This document shows, in pieces, positions 63,026-64,000 of a stretch of 64,000 nt of DNA. A model generated the notes under the pieces. It did no database searches, had not been told where the DNA came from, and saw only the letters and a list, made by a program, of their open reading frames with translations. The number at the start of each line of letters is the position of its first letter. The stretch's first letter is position 1. Source of the DNA: Callorhinchus milii (Eukaryota); contig NW_024704742.1 of NCBI RefSeq assembly GCF_018977255.1, forward strand, positions 22,012,001 to 22,076,000, given 5' to 3'. The position numbers and the translations under genes are program-made.

Positions 63026-63282
63026 TATCCGCGTCACAGAAGGCATCGCACCGACGTGGCCTGGACCGATCATCACCTGCCATGAAAACAACGGCGCACC
63101 CCCACCACCCCACCCCCGATCCTCTGGACGTACAGTTAAAACGCTTGCGCTGAACGCAGCGGAAGGTACTTTCAAATACAATGATCATCATCGTTCTTGC
63201 GCGCGTTTCAGTTATTGGGGCCACTGGAGAGAGAGAGAGAGACAGAGAGAGACAGAAAATGGGGGTAACAAGACTTTGTGAG

Positions 63283-63483
63283 CAGACGGACAGACACAGA
63301 CACAGACAGACGGACGGACGGACGGACGGACGGACACAGACAGACGGACAGACACAGACAGACGGACGGACGGACGGACGAACCGACAGACAGACAGACG
63401 GACAGACGGACAGACACAGACAGACAGACAGAGACAGACGGACAGACACAGACAGACAGACACAGACAGACAGACAGACAGAC

Positions 63484-63561
<78 letters not shown>

Positions 63562-63729
63562 GGACACACGGACACAGAGAGAGAGACAGACAGACAGACA
63601 CAGACAGACAGACGGACAGAGTCACAGACAGACGGACAGATGGACAGACACAGACAGACACACACAGACAGACAGACAGACACAGACAGACGGACAGACA
63701 CAGACAGACGGACAGACAGACAGACAGAC

Positions 63730-63772
<43 letters not shown>

Positions 63773-64000
63773 CAGACAGACAGACAGACACAGACACAGA
63801 CACAGACAGACACAGACAGACAGACACAGACAGACGGACAGACACAGACACAGACAGACACAGACAGACAGACACAGACAGACGGACAGACACAGACAGA
63901 CGGACAGACACAGACAGACAGACAGACGGACAGACACAGACAGACGGACAGACACAAACAGACAGACAGACACAGACAGACACAGACAGACAGACAGACA
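63283..64000. repeat. (GACA)n/(GACG)n compound microsatellite running off the window end
   Basis: Visible tetranucleotide array, preceded by (GA)n at ~63227-63255. Confidence 0.95.

Noticed and set aside
62934..63983. 349-aa and 253-aa Ser/Val/Cys/Leu ORFs
   Set aside because: Translations of the (TGTC)n microsatellite.

Overview
This is vertebrate genomic DNA, mostly intronic or intergenic and dense in repeats. The repeat set (tRNA-headed Deu-domain SINEs with L2-type tails, L2 and CR1 LINE fragments, a Penelope-like end) points to a cartilaginous fish, possibly a holocephalan; this is inferred from recalled family consensus, not from a search. No complete protein-coding gene is recognisable. 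A CpG island (~16.2-17.9 kb) has CCAAT, KLF/SP and CRE-like motifs and looks like the promoter and first exon of an unidentified minus-strand gene whose first intron runs off the left edge. Just upstream is a 3.8-kb strand-asymmetric C/A-rich tandem array, which produces the spurious 1300-aa ORFs. The points most worth checking are: a perfect 19-bp palindrome centred on a STAT (GAS) motif with IRF-like motifs in both arms; a GGAGCTGGGTG-rich minisatellite resembling Ig switch repeats; a decayed minimal hammerhead motif; SINE 3' stem-loops whose loop matches the local L2 tails; and a ~900-bp foldback element. I found no convincing novel multi-gene system. Repeat boundaries were set by eye and are approximate.
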